A stretch of 64,000 bases of DNA, taken from IMG/VR virus record IMGVR_UViG_3300009157_000018, positions 27,462-91,461 of that record. One strand, written 5' to 3'. Position 1 is the first letter of the stretch. Each line of letters opens with the position of its first letter. Below are positions 1 to 9,729 of the stretch, one piece after another. The notes beneath the pieces are model-generated. The model made no database searches. It was not told where the DNA came from and was given only the letters and a program-made list of their open reading frames with translations. Origin of the DNA: a virus. A program made the translations under genes and the position numbers.

Positions 1-1327
1 TGGCACTGCCCGATATTGTGGCTCTCTGGGTTGTGAAGTTCCGATAGTATGTTCCCTCGGCTTTCACCCAACTCCCGGTGTACCCAATTGATGGGTCATT
101 ATCCTTGATAGGACGGTATGAAGTTCGGTACTCCCCGGTGAAATAGTCAATCTGCGGGGTACCACTAACCTGTTCTACCTTCAGGGCATGAACATCAGAA
201 GTTAAGCCGGTAACCTCAAATCCTTTGACTTGATAGGTTCCGCTGGGGATAAAGGCTGTGCCCTGATCCACATTGTCAACATAAAACCGTGCTACGGCAT
301 CGCCGCCGCTCGTGCCCTGTGTAAAGTAAACGCTGTTACTGACGCCACGGAATCGGTGGATAGAAAATCCTACCGACGGCGTGCCTGAAAGCCTGGTAAC
401 GAGCGAGTTACCCAGAACTCCATCGCCATTGAACGCACCCTGCTCTCCAACAGAAGCCCAGGTTCCTCCTCGGATAACATTGCCGCTATCGTCATTCTCG
501 ATCCATGGTATGTCGTAGGTTGTGTCTGGCCCAATCTCAGCTGCCTTGTTATAGACAAGGACGGACGCTAAGCGGGCGATCTGGTCAGTGGAGTCCGAGA
601 CGATAACTCGGACAAACCGGGCATTGCCGCTGAAAACATAAATGTCTCCCTTGTCAGACTGAGGAAGAGTGTCGGTCTTGGAACCGCGACTGGTATACGA
701 CACATCATCGGTCGAGGTTTCCACGGTGTATTTGTACCAGCGCTGGTCCCACCAGGGCGGAACTACCCGAATCGCGTTAAGGGCTTGGGTTGACCCCAAA
801 TCGATGGTCACATAGTTCGAGCCGCTCAAGAAGGCCGCCCAATAGTTGTTCTCTAGCGGGTCGCCGGTAATAGCGTTTACCGCAGGGTGCATTGGATGGG
901 TGTCGCTCGCCCGAATGACTGCAAGCGGAGCCTTGCCGATGTTGTCGTAGAGGAACTCTTGGTACAGGTCGTCAATGGGCCAGCCATCAAAGTCTCGCCG
1001 TCCCACATTCTTGGTGCTAAGAAGGATTCCGCGCTGCGCGCCACCGAAACTGTAGGTGTTATCGGTGTTGATGGTCCTGGTCGTTTGGTCTACTACCCCA
1101 GCGAAAATGAGCTCATTGCCGTCGTAAAGGCGAAACCGACCTTCATTGGACCGATCGCTATTGGCGTCGGGAATGTACAAGATGGCCTCATCGTCCATCG
1201 GGATCGTTACATCGGCATCCCCTACAGTCCCAAGTTCGTCGGTGATCCGGGCTGAGATGACATTTGGAGAGGCGAAGAGTTTATTGAAGTTATAGTCACA
1301 AATCTCAAGGATTAGGTCTTGGTCCAT
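1..1327 (-). CDS. Baseplate hub / Tal-like tail protein with a discoidin (F5/8 type C)-like domain; partial, runs off the window
   Basis: Not in the ORF track because it has no stop in the window. ATG at 1327 overlaps the Dit stop (TAATG). Hand translation gives MDQDLILEICDYNFNKLF...; the segment NAITGDPLENNYW...VTIDLGS...YTVETSTD...ARFVRV is discoidin-like. Lies directly after Dit. Confidence 0.65.
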   Translation of the reverse strand, partial: MDQDLILEICDYNFNKLFASPNVISARITDELGTVGDADVTIPMDDEAILYIPDANSDRSNEGRFRLYDGNELIFAGVVDQTTRTINTDNTYSFGGAQRGILLSTKNVGRRDFDGWPIDDLYQEFLYDNIGKAPLAVIRASDTHPMHPAVNAITGDPLENNYWAAFLSGSNYVTIDLGSTQALNAIRVVPPWWDQRWYKYTVETSTDDVSYTSRGSKTDTLPQSDKGDIYVFSGNARFVRVIVSDSTDQIARLASVLVYNKAAEIGPDTTYDIPWIENDDSGNVIRGGTWASVGEQGAFNGDGVLGNSLVTRLSGTPSVGFSIHRFRGVSNSVYFTQGTSGGDAVARFYVDNVDQGTAFIPSGTYQVKGFEVTGLTSDVHALKVEQVSGTPQIDYFTGEYRTSYRPIKDNDPSIGYTGSWVKAEGTYYRNFTTQRATISGSA

Positions 1328-2106
1328 TAGCGTTCCAATCTAGGATTCATGTACACTCGGACATTACCTGTTCCTGTGACTTGAGAAATATTAGCGGTAA
1401 AGGACCCGCTGCCAACATGGTATATACCAAAGTCTGGACCACTCGTAAGCATGCTAAGATAGTTTGCGCCTGCGGTATCCTTGATGGTCAGGTTCGAACA
1501 ATTCACTGTGATCGTGTTGGCGTGTGATCCATTAAGTTGGAACACCTTGCCGCTGTTCGAATGTGAAACGCGAATGCCAGTAATGCCTGGTGGTATCTCG
1601 AAACTGGGATAGGTCTTTCTGGTATCAGGCATATTCAAAACGATGGTATCGTCCCCGCTGATAGCGTCGGTGGTTGTTACCTCGGGTCCCAAGAACCAAG
1701 GAAAGGCGTTGAATACCATGTTGAACGCAATGCGCCGGTGATCGGGTGCTATGAGAGGGTTAGAAGCTGTTCTGAACTTGGCCAACATCCAATGATCAGA
1801 AGGACCAAAGAACAATGTCGATGCGCTCGCAACTCGGGCCACCATTCTGAGTGAATCACGATACTGATCTAAGCAATCTCCAAGATGCGCTAAGCCAGTG
1901 ACATGATCTAAGCGAGACAACACGATGAACGAGAGGTTAACTTCTCGGAAGCCCGCACCCTGATCGTTCATAAATCCACCATCTCTACCGATCACATCTG
2001 TTTGGGCTATTCGCATAAGGAACGGGTTGTCTTCGGATTGGAGATACCCTGGAAGATTTTGCCCGTCATATTTCACACGGTACTTGGGGGTGGGGTTAAC
2101 AGGCAT
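1327..2106 (-). CDS. Distal tail protein (Dit)-like
   Basis: 259 aa, directly downstream of the tape measure gene; FNAFPWFLG motif resembles the Dit F..dPf.y pattern. Confidence 0.7.
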   Translation of the reverse strand: MPVNPTPKYRVKYDGQNLPGYLQSEDNPFLMRIAQTDVIGRDGGFMNDQGAGFREVNLSFIVLSRLDHVTGLAHLGDCLDQYRDSLRMVARVASASTLFFGPSDHWMLAKFRTASNPLIAPDHRRIAFNMVFNAFPWFLGPEVTTTDAISGDDTIVLNMPDTRKTYPSFEIPPGITGIRVSHSNSGKVFQLNGSHANTITVNCSNLTIKDTAGANYLSMLTSGPDFGIYHVGSGSFTANISQVTGTGNVRVYMNPRLER

Positions 2107-2108
2107 GG

Positions 2109-5100
2109 CTACACTCTCAACGCATCTCTGATGGCTTGACTGATAATGTTATAGATCATTTGTTGTAGTAGAGCAGGCTCCAAACCATTAAGTTCTACCG
2201 GAACATTGATGACGAAGTTACCTTGAGTTGGATCAAAGTTCAGACCACTTCCACTGGATAATTGGCCACCTAATCCGAACAGCGTTGGCTGAGATATCAA
2301 GGCTGAGAGTGGCCCAGCATTGACTACCAAGTTGCTGAGTAAGGCTTCCTGTTGCAGTCTGGCAGCCTCAAGACGGTTCGCCTCATCCATCTGTTGGGTA
2401 AGTTCTTCGATGGCGATCCTCAGAAGATTCTCGTCAAGACCACGAACTTCTCTCAGGAATGCGGCGTCTTTGATGATCGTGATAATGTCATCTGAAGCTT
2501 CTTTTGTCGCGCCTGGAATCTTGCTTTGGAGTTGTAGGGCTATTTGAATTGCTTGTTGCAATTGGGCACTAGACAAGTCCCCGATGTCTAGGATAGACTG
2601 GTCAGGCCCATTCGCGGCGCCAGTAGGCGTGCTACTAACTCCACCACCACCAGTAAAGGTCCCACCTATATTTGGGGTGCGGAATGCAGAAAGTAGTCGG
2701 CTAAACAGTGCTTGAATTTGCGCGCTAAGGTTGGTCATGACTGATCCAACATTGCTTGTCGTGAAATTCCTTGCTCTCTGGGTGGATGATTCAGGGTCGT
2801 CTCCCTCGAAGAATCCTCCTCGAAGGTCTCGCCGTTCAGTAGTAATGATTGTCCGTATGATAATCGGATTCGCAGCGACAGTGGCGGCAACGCCCGCTTG
2901 GGCACCCGCCAGCGTTACTAGGGCAGCAATCAATGTGCCCACAGCTCCAGAACTGGTACCAGATTGCAGAATAACGCCCAGCAGCGTTTCAGCCAAGGCA
3001 ACATTTCCCTGTCCAGCCGAAGCCAGTTCGGGAATCAGCGTTCGCAATTGATCACCGTAAGCCGCCACGAGTTGAGATGCTTGGCCAGCAGCCTCAGTAA
3101 TACGAGCCTCACCAGCGGTGAACTCATCCATTGAGATTGCGCCTTCCTTCATTCTGTCGAACAGTTTAATCAACTGGTCGCCCTGTTCTTCAGCAAGTCC
3201 ATCAAGAATCAATGTTGCGTCGGCCGCTATTCGTTGTGCAGCAGTAAGTTGTTGAGTAGCATCAGTTGCACCCAAGAGTTGTGCCATGAGTTCTTCGGCA
3301 GATAACGCTTCTCCATCCATACCCTCAGTAACTTCTATTACAGATGCAAACAATTCATCTGAGCTTCTTCCGACTGCTGATATGGCACCATTACTAGCAG
3401 TCATCTCATCAACCAAAACTCCGAAGGTTTCTTCCGTAAGAAGATTGGCCTCTCCTAGCATTTTGATGGTTTCTACCATGGCTCGAAGATTATCTAACTG
3501 AGTTTCGTTTTCGGTACCGGTAATTCTGATTCCAATACTCGACAAATCAGGAAGTTCAATACCGCTCCCAATGCCTGGGATTTCAATTAGTCCTTTTGCT
3601 TGAATGTTCCGAAGTCGCCCCTCAACATGAACAATGGTTTCAGCTATATCATTTGTAACACCAGCTTGTTCTTTCAATGAGGTAATAGCACTAGCCTGAT
3701 CCGCAAGCTGAGTGCCAAGTTCGATGGCGGCGAAGGCAATAAGCAAAGGAAGGAATCGAGCCATGAGCGCCACGGCTCCAGCCAAGGCAGTTCTTAAGCC
3801 ACCAACAACACCGGCCATGACTCCTAGGCTCCTGCTTGCAACTAGTGCTTGCGCCGACAAAGTTGTCATTCCCAACCCAGCTGCCCTTGTAGATACTGCT
3901 AAGAAGTGAGTTGATCGGGCAGCTAAGGTAGCTTCAACTGTAAAGAGTTTTAGGCTGGCTGATCCACTAATGAGCAAAGAGGTTCTAAAGGCCGCGAAAC
4001 TAGTGCTAAGTCCCAATAATCCAGCACCGAACCGCTCCAATATGGCAATGGCTACTAAGGCACCACCAGTGAAAGCCAGGAATCGTGCAGAGAATGAAGT
4101 AAATTCTGGGCCAGCAGATTCCAAGAAGCCAAGGATCGAGTTTCCGAAATTCAGGAATCCCTTGGCTGCTGTTTCCATATCTTCATCAAGACCCAGCAGC
4201 AGAGTTTGTATGCGAGTGGTAAACGACTGGAATCTTCCCGGCAATGTATTGGCGATAATCAAACTGGCCGCCGATAGTTCCCCAGTGCCATCGGAAGCAT
4301 CACGAGCCATCTCTTGCAGGGCAGCTCCGATAGATGCAATAAGTTGATTGTTGAATCCAACAGCTCCAGGGTTCAACGGAGGGATAAGTTCTTGGAGGGC
4401 CAGCCGACCCTGTTCGGCGGTGACTGCACCTGATTGAACTGCTTGGAATAACTGAATAAGGATAGCGTCGGCATCCTTCAGATTGCCAACAGCATCCCGA
4501 GTCTCCACTGCACCTTCAACGATCTTCTCGAAACCCGCAAGTACCTCTGGGTCTGACAATTTAGAAAGGCTGGTCCGCAATAGAGTACCGATTTCTCGAC
4601 CAGACTGACCGGTACGGAAGATTAATTGGTCCATGATGGCGGTCAAGAAACGAAGATCGAAACCGGATACTTGTGCGTTCAATCCAGCTTCAGTCAGACC
4701 GTCTGCTAATTGGGTAATCTCAAAAGCAGAGCGATGGCCCAAGCTCACTACACTGTCTAGGAATGATCTGAATCGTTCCAAAGGAGTAAGATTGCCAAGA
4801 CTATCAATCTGTGCCAGGCCATCAGCCGTGATTCTAAATAACGATGTCAATTGGGCAGCGGCTTGCTGGGTATTTGTCCCAGGTCCAAGAACATTGGTAA
4901 ACTCACCAATGATTTGTTGGAATCCCTCTACATCACCTAGCAGTGCATCGGTGTCTAAAGTTCCAGTGCCTCCATCAGTTTGGATACTTCGTAGAGCACC
5001 GGCCACAAGGTCTGTGACAGCCAAGAGTTCTCGGAAGTCAGTAGCAGTTTCTATAGCAATATCTCCCAAGCTTCGCAGGAAACCATCGGCTTGGGTATCG

Positions 5101-6248
5101 GATAATCCTCCGAGTACCAACCCCAGTCTGGCGGTATCTCGATCAATGTCTCCGATAAGTTGGAATCCAGCACCAATGCCCTCTATGGCGCGGCTAAACG
5201 CGTTATAGATGACCAAGCCTTCAGCGATTCGCAAAGCATGGTGGCTAAAGGTCCTGGTTGCGGTGTCCCACTGAAGCGCATATTGCTTCTGCAGATTCGT
5301 TAGCCGGGTCATTTCGGCGTTCAGTCGTCTGACTCCGGGAGCACCAGCATCGATCTGCCGTTGTACATTTACGATTTGGGCAGCGACATTGCTTTGCTGT
5401 GGTATCTGCCCAGCCACTCCACGCCGCTGCTCACTTGCAAAGAGTCGCTCTTTCTCTTGGATGAGTTTCTGGACGGTGGGGGAAATCGTGGCTTCGAAGC
5501 GCTTTAGGGCAAACCCAGCATTCTGGAACTGGATTTCCAATTGCTTGATCTGAGTGGCTGCACCTGAGAATCGAAGATTCGGGATGGTGCGAGATAGTTC
5601 TTGAAGTTGTTTGTTGACATTAATCAGGTCTTGGATAGTCTTCTGACTACCAAAGCCCCCACCAACACCTAGTTTTTGTTGTGTCGCAAGTTGCCGCTCA
5701 AGATTTCTACGCTGAAGTAGAAGGTCACGACTAGTTTGTAACTGTTGCTGTTTTATCCCCGCAGCGATGCCAGCCAGGAGTGGTTGCAATGCTGCTTTCA
5801 GCCCAGCAGCACTTCCAAACTCTGTCTGCCCCATTAATCCTCGTTGAGCGAGAGTGGTAGAAGCCAGTTGAAGTTGCTTAATCTGAGCTGCTGTTGGAGC
5901 GAGTCCCGCCGCAGCTGATGTGAATACCGGACCTTTTCTGCTTACAATGTCGAACAACTTCTGAAGTTGTGCGAGTTCTCGGTTAAGAGACTTTACCGCA
6001 TCTCGGGCACCGTAAATTTGCTGCCGTCTTGCATTCCAAGCAGCAAGGGACTCATTCTTATCACGAGAAGCACTCAAGTTGCCAACTTGATTTAGTGCAT
6101 CAATGTCAGCTTGGATTTTGGCTGGAGTCCGGGTAGCACGCTGCGCTCTCTGCTCAGCCTGCTGAACTACGCGGAGAAGACTATTGATTTCGCGTTTGGC
6201 TTGGTCAGAGTTAACGCGAACATTTATGAGAATGTCGTCTCGGGGCAT
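2109..6248 (-). CDS. Tail tape measure protein
   Basis: 1379 aa, Ala/Leu/Gln-rich and helical, with a hydrophobic mid-section; sits between the tail chaperones and Dit. Confidence 0.9.
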   Translation of the reverse strand: MPRDDILINVRVNSDQAKREINSLLRVVQQAEQRAQRATRTPAKIQADIDALNQVGNLSASRDKNESLAAWNARRQQIYGARDAVKSLNRELAQLQKLFDIVSRKGPVFTSAAAGLAPTAAQIKQLQLASTTLAQRGLMGQTEFGSAAGLKAALQPLLAGIAAGIKQQQLQTSRDLLLQRRNLERQLATQQKLGVGGGFGSQKTIQDLINVNKQLQELSRTIPNLRFSGAATQIKQLEIQFQNAGFALKRFEATISPTVQKLIQEKERLFASEQRRGVAGQIPQQSNVAAQIVNVQRQIDAGAPGVRRLNAEMTRLTNLQKQYALQWDTATRTFSHHALRIAEGLVIYNAFSRAIEGIGAGFQLIGDIDRDTARLGLVLGGLSDTQADGFLRSLGDIAIETATDFRELLAVTDLVAGALRSIQTDGGTGTLDTDALLGDVEGFQQIIGEFTNVLGPGTNTQQAAAQLTSLFRITADGLAQIDSLGNLTPLERFRSFLDSVVSLGHRSAFEITQLADGLTEAGLNAQVSGFDLRFLTAIMDQLIFRTGQSGREIGTLLRTSLSKLSDPEVLAGFEKIVEGAVETRDAVGNLKDADAILIQLFQAVQSGAVTAEQGRLALQELIPPLNPGAVGFNNQLIASIGAALQEMARDASDGTGELSAASLIIANTLPGRFQSFTTRIQTLLLGLDEDMETAAKGFLNFGNSILGFLESAGPEFTSFSARFLAFTGGALVAIAILERFGAGLLGLSTSFAAFRTSLLISGSASLKLFTVEATLAARSTHFLAVSTRAAGLGMTTLSAQALVASRSLGVMAGVVGGLRTALAGAVALMARFLPLLIAFAAIELGTQLADQASAITSLKEQAGVTNDIAETIVHVEGRLRNIQAKGLIEIPGIGSGIELPDLSSIGIRITGTENETQLDNLRAMVETIKMLGEANLLTEETFGVLVDEMTASNGAISAVGRSSDELFASVIEVTEGMDGEALSAEELMAQLLGATDATQQLTAAQRIAADATLILDGLAEEQGDQLIKLFDRMKEGAISMDEFTAGEARITEAAGQASQLVAAYGDQLRTLIPELASAGQGNVALAETLLGVILQSGTSSGAVGTLIAALVTLAGAQAGVAATVAANPIIIRTIITTERRDLRGGFFEGDDPESSTQRARNFTTSNVGSVMTNLSAQIQALFSRLLSAFRTPNIGGTFTGGGGVSSTPTGAANGPDQSILDIGDLSSAQLQQAIQIALQLQSKIPGATKEASDDIITIIKDAAFLREVRGLDENLLRIAIEELTQQMDEANRLEAARLQQEALLSNLVVNAGPLSALISQPTLFGLGGQLSSGSGLNFDPTQGNFVINVPVELNGLEPALLQQMIYNIISQAIRDALRV

Positions 6249-6550
6249 TAAGTGCCTTCTATTTCGGAGTCACTGAACTCCAACATCATGGGTCGTTCGC
6301 CGGCGCCGGTCACGTCCATTGCTTTGCGAACAAAGTCAGCACACTTATCCGATGAGTGCCAAATAGCCTTGGGCGGCTGTGCCTTAGTAGGCAACTTGAA
6401 AAATTCCAGGATTCTCCGCGCCTCAGACACTACGATAGATAGAGTCCAAGGCCATTCCGTGGGGGATCGATATTCAGGGAAGAGGGGCTGATTAGTATGA
6501 TCGGCGGTCTGGACCAGCACCAAAACTTCCGGCCGCCGACCTAGTTTTTT
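6248..6550 (-). CDS. Tail assembly chaperone, C-terminal (T) part reached by -1 frameshift
   Basis: The -1 frame is open from the slippery A AAA AAC (6550-6544), reading K-L-G-R-R-P-E-V into ORF 6248..6523. Confidence 0.8.
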   Translation of the reverse strand, partial: KKLGRRPEVLVLVQTADHTNQPLFPEYRSPTEWPWTLSIVVSEARRILEFFKLPTKAQPPKAIWHSSDKCADFVRKAMDVTGAGERPMMLEFSDSEIEGT

Positions 6551-7308
6551 AGGGCCTCCGGTTCGACCATTAAGCCGTAATGGCTCGACGCCAATAAATC
6601 GAGCACAACCGAGCGCAGCTCGTTCACCTCGGAACTGGTCTTAAAGGCAGGCTTAGTACACTTTTCGTCCAAGAAAGTACCGCGACTGATCATCTGGCAG
6701 TTGAATTCCCTCATCCAAATGCCAGCTAGAATGTTTTCGATCAGGGCGGGTTCAGCCTCGACTCGGAGGTCTTCCAAGGAAATCTCCTTAACCTCTTCGT
6801 CCAGTTCCTTCTTGGCGCTCTTCACCGTAGCCCTTACGGATTCCTCGCGTTGCTCCTCGATCTCCTCAACTTCGAGCTCGTGCTGCTCAAGGTCAGCGTT
6901 CGTTATATCAGGGCCTTCAGGATCAGGAACAAAGGTTTGGTCCCGGTTCTCCAGGGATTCACGCTTAATCGCGGTTGTTCGTTCTGCCAATCGGTTATTA
7001 ATCCACAATACCGATAACTGGTCCCGGTTATATTCTTCTAGTTCTTCCATAACAAGAAGTTGCCGTTCGTTAGAATCCGGGTCCAAGAGCTTCTTTCGAA
7101 GTTCTCTAGAGACACGGCGTGCATAGGCTTGGCACATGTCCCGGTCGATTGGGTTCATGGACTTGATCCAAACCGTCATCTCGTTCTCAGTGTCTTTGTC
7201 TAAGACGACGGGCACAGGCTTTAAGAATAGTGTATCGAGTGTAGGTGTTTTCATAGTTCCTTCCAACAAGAAGGGGTGGGTCCCTGAGCGGGGGACCCAC
7301 CCCTTCAT
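6541..7308 (-). CDS. Tail assembly chaperone (G); alternative start at 7254
   Basis: Acidic helical protein ending GCC CTA AAA AAC TAG, upstream of the tape measure gene. Confidence 0.75.
   Translation of the reverse strand: MKGWVPRSGTHPFLLEGTMKTPTLDTLFLKPVPVVLDKDTENEMTVWIKSMNPIDRDMCQAYARRVSRELRKKLLDPDSNERQLLVMEELEEYNRDQLSVLWINNRLAERTTAIKRESLENRDQTFVPDPEGPDITNADLEQHELEVEEIEEQREESVRATVKSAKKELDEEVKEISLEDLRVEAEPALIENILAGIWMREFNCQMISRGTFLDEKCTKPAFKTSSEVNELRSVVLDLLASSHYGLMVEPEALKN
7270..7306. repeat. 15-bp perfect inverted repeat between the two possible chaperone starts
   Basis: GAAGGGGTGGGTCCC-tgagcgg-GGGACCCACCCCTTC. Confidence 0.7.
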
Positions 7309-7387
7309 TTAACGGCCTCCTAAGTGGCCATCATTTATCCGGTGGAGTAGATTGCATAGGCATCACCTCCCCTATTGGTTTGTTTCC

Positions 7388-7396
7388 ATTATACCA
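7388..7396 (-). promoter_or_regulatory. Extended -10 promoter (TGGTATAAT) restarting transcription for chaperone/TMP genes
   Basis: TGnTATAAT just downstream of the island terminator. Confidence 0.6.
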
Positions 7397-7402
7397 TAAC
7401 AC

Positions 7403-7443
7403 AAAAACACCGGGGTGGAGCCATTCATGCTCACACCCCGGTG
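7403..7443 (-). terminator. Intrinsic terminator at the end of the tRNA island
   Basis: CACCGGGGTG...CACCCCGGTG stem followed by TTTTT on the minus strand. Confidence 0.75.
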
Positions 7444-7472
7444 AATGTGTTTTCCATCCTAGGTTATAGGTT

Positions 7473-7546
7473 TGGAGCCGCAGCGAGGAATTGAACCCCG
7501 ATTCACCGCTTACAAGGCGGGTTTCTTGCCGTTAGAAGACGGCGGC
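7473..7546 (-). tRNA. tRNA-Thr(TGT)
   Basis: Cloverleaf, loop CT-TGT-AA, T loop TTCAATT, encoded CCA. Confidence 0.9.
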
Positions 7547-7559
7547 TCGCGTGTTAGAA

Positions 7560-7919
7560 CTAGGGCGCGGGCTCAGGCTCGGGCTCTGGCTCTGGCTCAG
7601 GTGCGGGAGCCGGGGAAACGGCTTCCGTGATCGCGTCAATGTCCGCGTCAGCCTCTTCGGCTGTGACAAGTAGAGCGTCGATCTGCTCCTGGGTGACGGC
7701 GCCTGCCATCAGTTCGTCAAGTTGTGCCTGTAGTTCGGCCAACTTTGCGCTTGCGTCGGCTGATGCAGCCATAACTGCATCAAATGCTGCCTGTGAGCTT
7801 GTCTTAAGGTCTTCTAGCTCTGCTGATAGTGCTGTAATATCTGCCATTATTGTCTCCGTGTTTTCAAGGATTTGTAACTGTAATCGGTTTTTCTGGGAAT
7901 TCCGTTTCCCACCCCACAA
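7560..7919 (-). CDS. Acidic coiled-coil protein with a C-terminal (PE)n tail; start uncertain
   Basis: ORF track; heptad pattern and PEPEPEPEPEP tail. Confidence 0.6.
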   Translation of the reverse strand: MWGGKRNSQKNRLQLQILENTETIMADITALSAELEDLKTSSQAAFDAVMAASADASAKLAELQAQLDELMAGAVTQEQIDALLVTAEEADADIDAITEAVSPAPAPEPEPEPEPEPAP

Positions 7920-8019
7920 TGAGTCCCAGAAATTCTCTGGTTGCCCACCACGGTCTTTATTTCTATCTACTTTACTCGTATCGGTCCCCCTTTCTCTGGA
8001 GGATAACTGCTCCTATAAC

Positions 8020-8047
8020 AGTATACCACATACCTCCATCCTGTCAA
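8020..8047 (-). promoter_or_regulatory. Sigma70-type promoter
   Basis: TTGACA-16 nt-TATACT with upstream TG (extended -10). Confidence 0.65.
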
Positions 8048-8053
8048 TAGATT

Positions 8054-8128
8054 TGGAGGACCAGTTGGGGGTCGAACCCAAGTCGTCGGTTTACGAAACC
8101 GGCATCCTAGCCACTAGACGACTGATCC
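8054..8128 (-). tRNA. tRNA-Thr(CGT)
   Basis: Cloverleaf, loop TT-CGT-AA, encoded CCA. Confidence 0.9.
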
Positions 8129-8668
8129 CCTGATAATTTTTCGCACCTGAGGCCATGAGGAGGCCCTAGGAAGCCCGCTAAGGTCCGTAGTGAGGTTGTG
8201 CGCCCTAGCAAATAAAATTGCCTTCCTGTCGGATTCCAGGAACTCTAGGCAATTTTGAGGCTTGTCATCAACAAGCAATTCTGCGTCAGTAAAATCGATC
8301 TTCCGATCTTTAGGCCCGACGATGGTGACTCTCTGGAATTGAGGGCGCCATTTGCCGAGCCACTTCCAAGTGTTGTACTCGGCCCATTGGGGCTTGGAGG
8401 TAACGCATTCTAGATAATGACCTTCCCGCCGTAATCGATCTAAGGTTCCGATTGCTCCGTCTACGGCAGGGAAGGTATGCCATAACCATTCTCGTTCTCG
8501 TAGCCATGTCCACCAGTTCTGTCCAATGATAGGATCAAGGATAGGATGTAGGTCCCACTGATAGATATCTTCTTCGGAAAGAACTACACCGTACTCCTTC
8601 TTAACAGAGTCGCGGAGTCCCCCCACAAAATCTAGAACAGTATCGTCTAGATCGATTGCCAAATGCAT
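8114..8668 (-). CDS. HAD-family 5'(3')-deoxyribonucleotidase (NT5C-like)
   Basis: N-terminal DLDDT (DxDxT), VTS motif, LVDDKPQN; its stop lies inside tRNA-Thr(CGT). Confidence 0.85.
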   Translation of the reverse strand: MHLAIDLDDTVLDFVGGLRDSVKKEYGVVLSEEDIYQWDLHPILDPIIGQNWWTWLREREWLWHTFPAVDGAIGTLDRLRREGHYLECVTSKPQWAEYNTWKWLGKWRPQFQRVTIVGPKDRKIDFTDAELLVDDKPQNCLEFLESDRKAILFARAHNLTTDLSGLPRASSWPQVRKIIRGSVV

Positions 8669-8850
8669 TACTTCGACTTGATTTCGACTATTTCAACGGC
8701 TTCTGTAGGATTGAAGTCCCAGATCGAAACATCATCTAATCCAAGTCCTGTTCCATTTTTCTCAATCAATTCCTTGAGCACGAGGGCTTCAATGCCTCCG
8801 TGGACCGCGATCTCGTAAGAGATCGTAGCCTTGACAACGGAATCTACCAC
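8668..8850 (-). CDS. Hypothetical protein
   Basis: 60-aa ORF abutting both neighbours. Confidence 0.55.
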   Translation of the reverse strand: MVDSVVKATISYEIAVHGGIEALVLKELIEKNGTGLGLDDVSIWDFNPTEAVEIVEIKSK

Positions 8851-9216
8851 TTACTTTCCTTCCTCTTCATCGTGAAGAATCTTCGAAGCCACGAATTCCC
8901 CAGCCATGATATTGAACATCACGGCAGCCGCGTGGTCTTCGTCTGTTTCCCCCGTCGCCCATTGTATCAGATGCCGCAAAGCCGACGAGCGATAGCGTGC
9001 TAGTTCTTCTTCTCCTCTCGCCATCTCCCAATTGCGAGCGTCGTATTTCTCAGCTCCCCTGGTCATCAGGTCTGCAAATCGCGTTAGCATCTGCTCATGA
9101 TACGGAACGCCGAGCGGAAATAAGAGATCGAATCTGGCTTTCCCATCCTCGGTATCGCGTACCATTCCGCTCTCGTACTCGCTACGCTTGCCAGAATCCT
9201 TGGTAATCCTTGTCAT
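8851..9216 (-). CDS. dATP/dGTP diphosphohydrolase N-terminal domain (DUF5664-like) protein
   Basis: K.RFDLL, GAEKYDARNWE, SALRHL..W..GE.DEDH motifs; start placed at ATG 9216 after an SD-like sequence. Confidence 0.8.
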   Translation of the reverse strand: MTRITKDSGKRSEYESGMVRDTEDGKARFDLLFPLGVPYHEQMLTRFADLMTRGAEKYDARNWEMARGEEELARYRSSALRHLIQWATGETDEDHAAAVMFNIMAGEFVASKILHDEEEGK

Positions 9217-9379
9217 ACCTTCCCTTATCATCGTAGAACTGTGGTTGCTGGTAATCCTTGTGGGTGTGACGATCCTTGGTGTTGTTGGTTCTAGAGCGAG
9301 AAGCATCACAGCATTTAATCCCACCAGGACAAGAGGGGAACATATAAGTCTTGGGCTTATGCCTCTTGAAATTAGCCAT
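9182..9379 (-). CDS. Hypothetical protein
   Basis: SD AAAGGTGA then ATG 9379; the longer track ORF overlaps a tRNA. Confidence 0.45.
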   Translation of the reverse strand: MANFKRHKPKTYMFPSCPGGIKCCDASRSRTNNTKDRHTHKDYQQPQFYDDKGRYDKDYQGFWQA

Positions 9380-9396
9380 CAACTCACCTTTAGTAT

Positions 9397-9472
9397 TGGT
9401 ACCGCCCCAGAGAATCGAACTCTGCTGCATCTATATGTAACATAGAGGCCCCCACCAGAAGGCAAGGGCGGT
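9397..9472 (-). tRNA. tRNA-Val(TAC)
   Basis: Cloverleaf, loop GT-TAC-AT, CCA. Confidence 0.9.
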
Positions 9473-9474
9473 AT

Positions 9475-9548
9475 TGGAGCCGGAGCTGGGAGTCGAACCC
9501 AAACTGAATCCTTACCAAGGATTTAGTCTACCGTTAACTTACACCGAC
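9475..9548 (-). tRNA. tRNA-Thr(GGT)
   Basis: Cloverleaf, loop TT-GGT-AA, CCA. Confidence 0.9.
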
Positions 9549-9727
9549 TTGTTGTTTTCTTCTTCCCTCTTTAGAATACGAAGACAGGATTCGCACGACT
9601 TCTCGTCGGCAGGCAGTTCCGCTGCAGTCTTCGAATCCATATATCCCCACTTACCACAATATGCTTTCGGAAGACCAATGCGGCTCTGAAACCGCTCGAC
9701 ATGCCAACTCTTAATAAGGAACCACAT
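9539..9727 (-). CDS. Small putative Zn-binding protein (WH...YCG...CESC)
   Basis: 62-aa ORF; stop TAA is positions 8-10 of tRNA-Thr(GGT). Confidence 0.6.
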   Translation of the reverse strand: MWFLIKSWHVERFQSRIGLPKAYCGKWGYMDSKTAAELPADEKSCESCLRILKREEENNKSV

Positions 9728-9729
9728 CT

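Noticed and set aside
2320-5208. Plus-strand ORFs opposite the tape measure gene (also 25217-27454 opposite the repeat protein, and those opposite nrdJ and the capsid genes)
   Set aside because: Antisense shadows of real minus-strand genes, with no recognisable motifs
8851-9216. 2-aminoadenine (Z-genome) pathway suggested by the dATP/dGTP diphosphohydrolase domain
   Set aside because: No purZ or datZ is in the window, and the domain is common in ordinary phages
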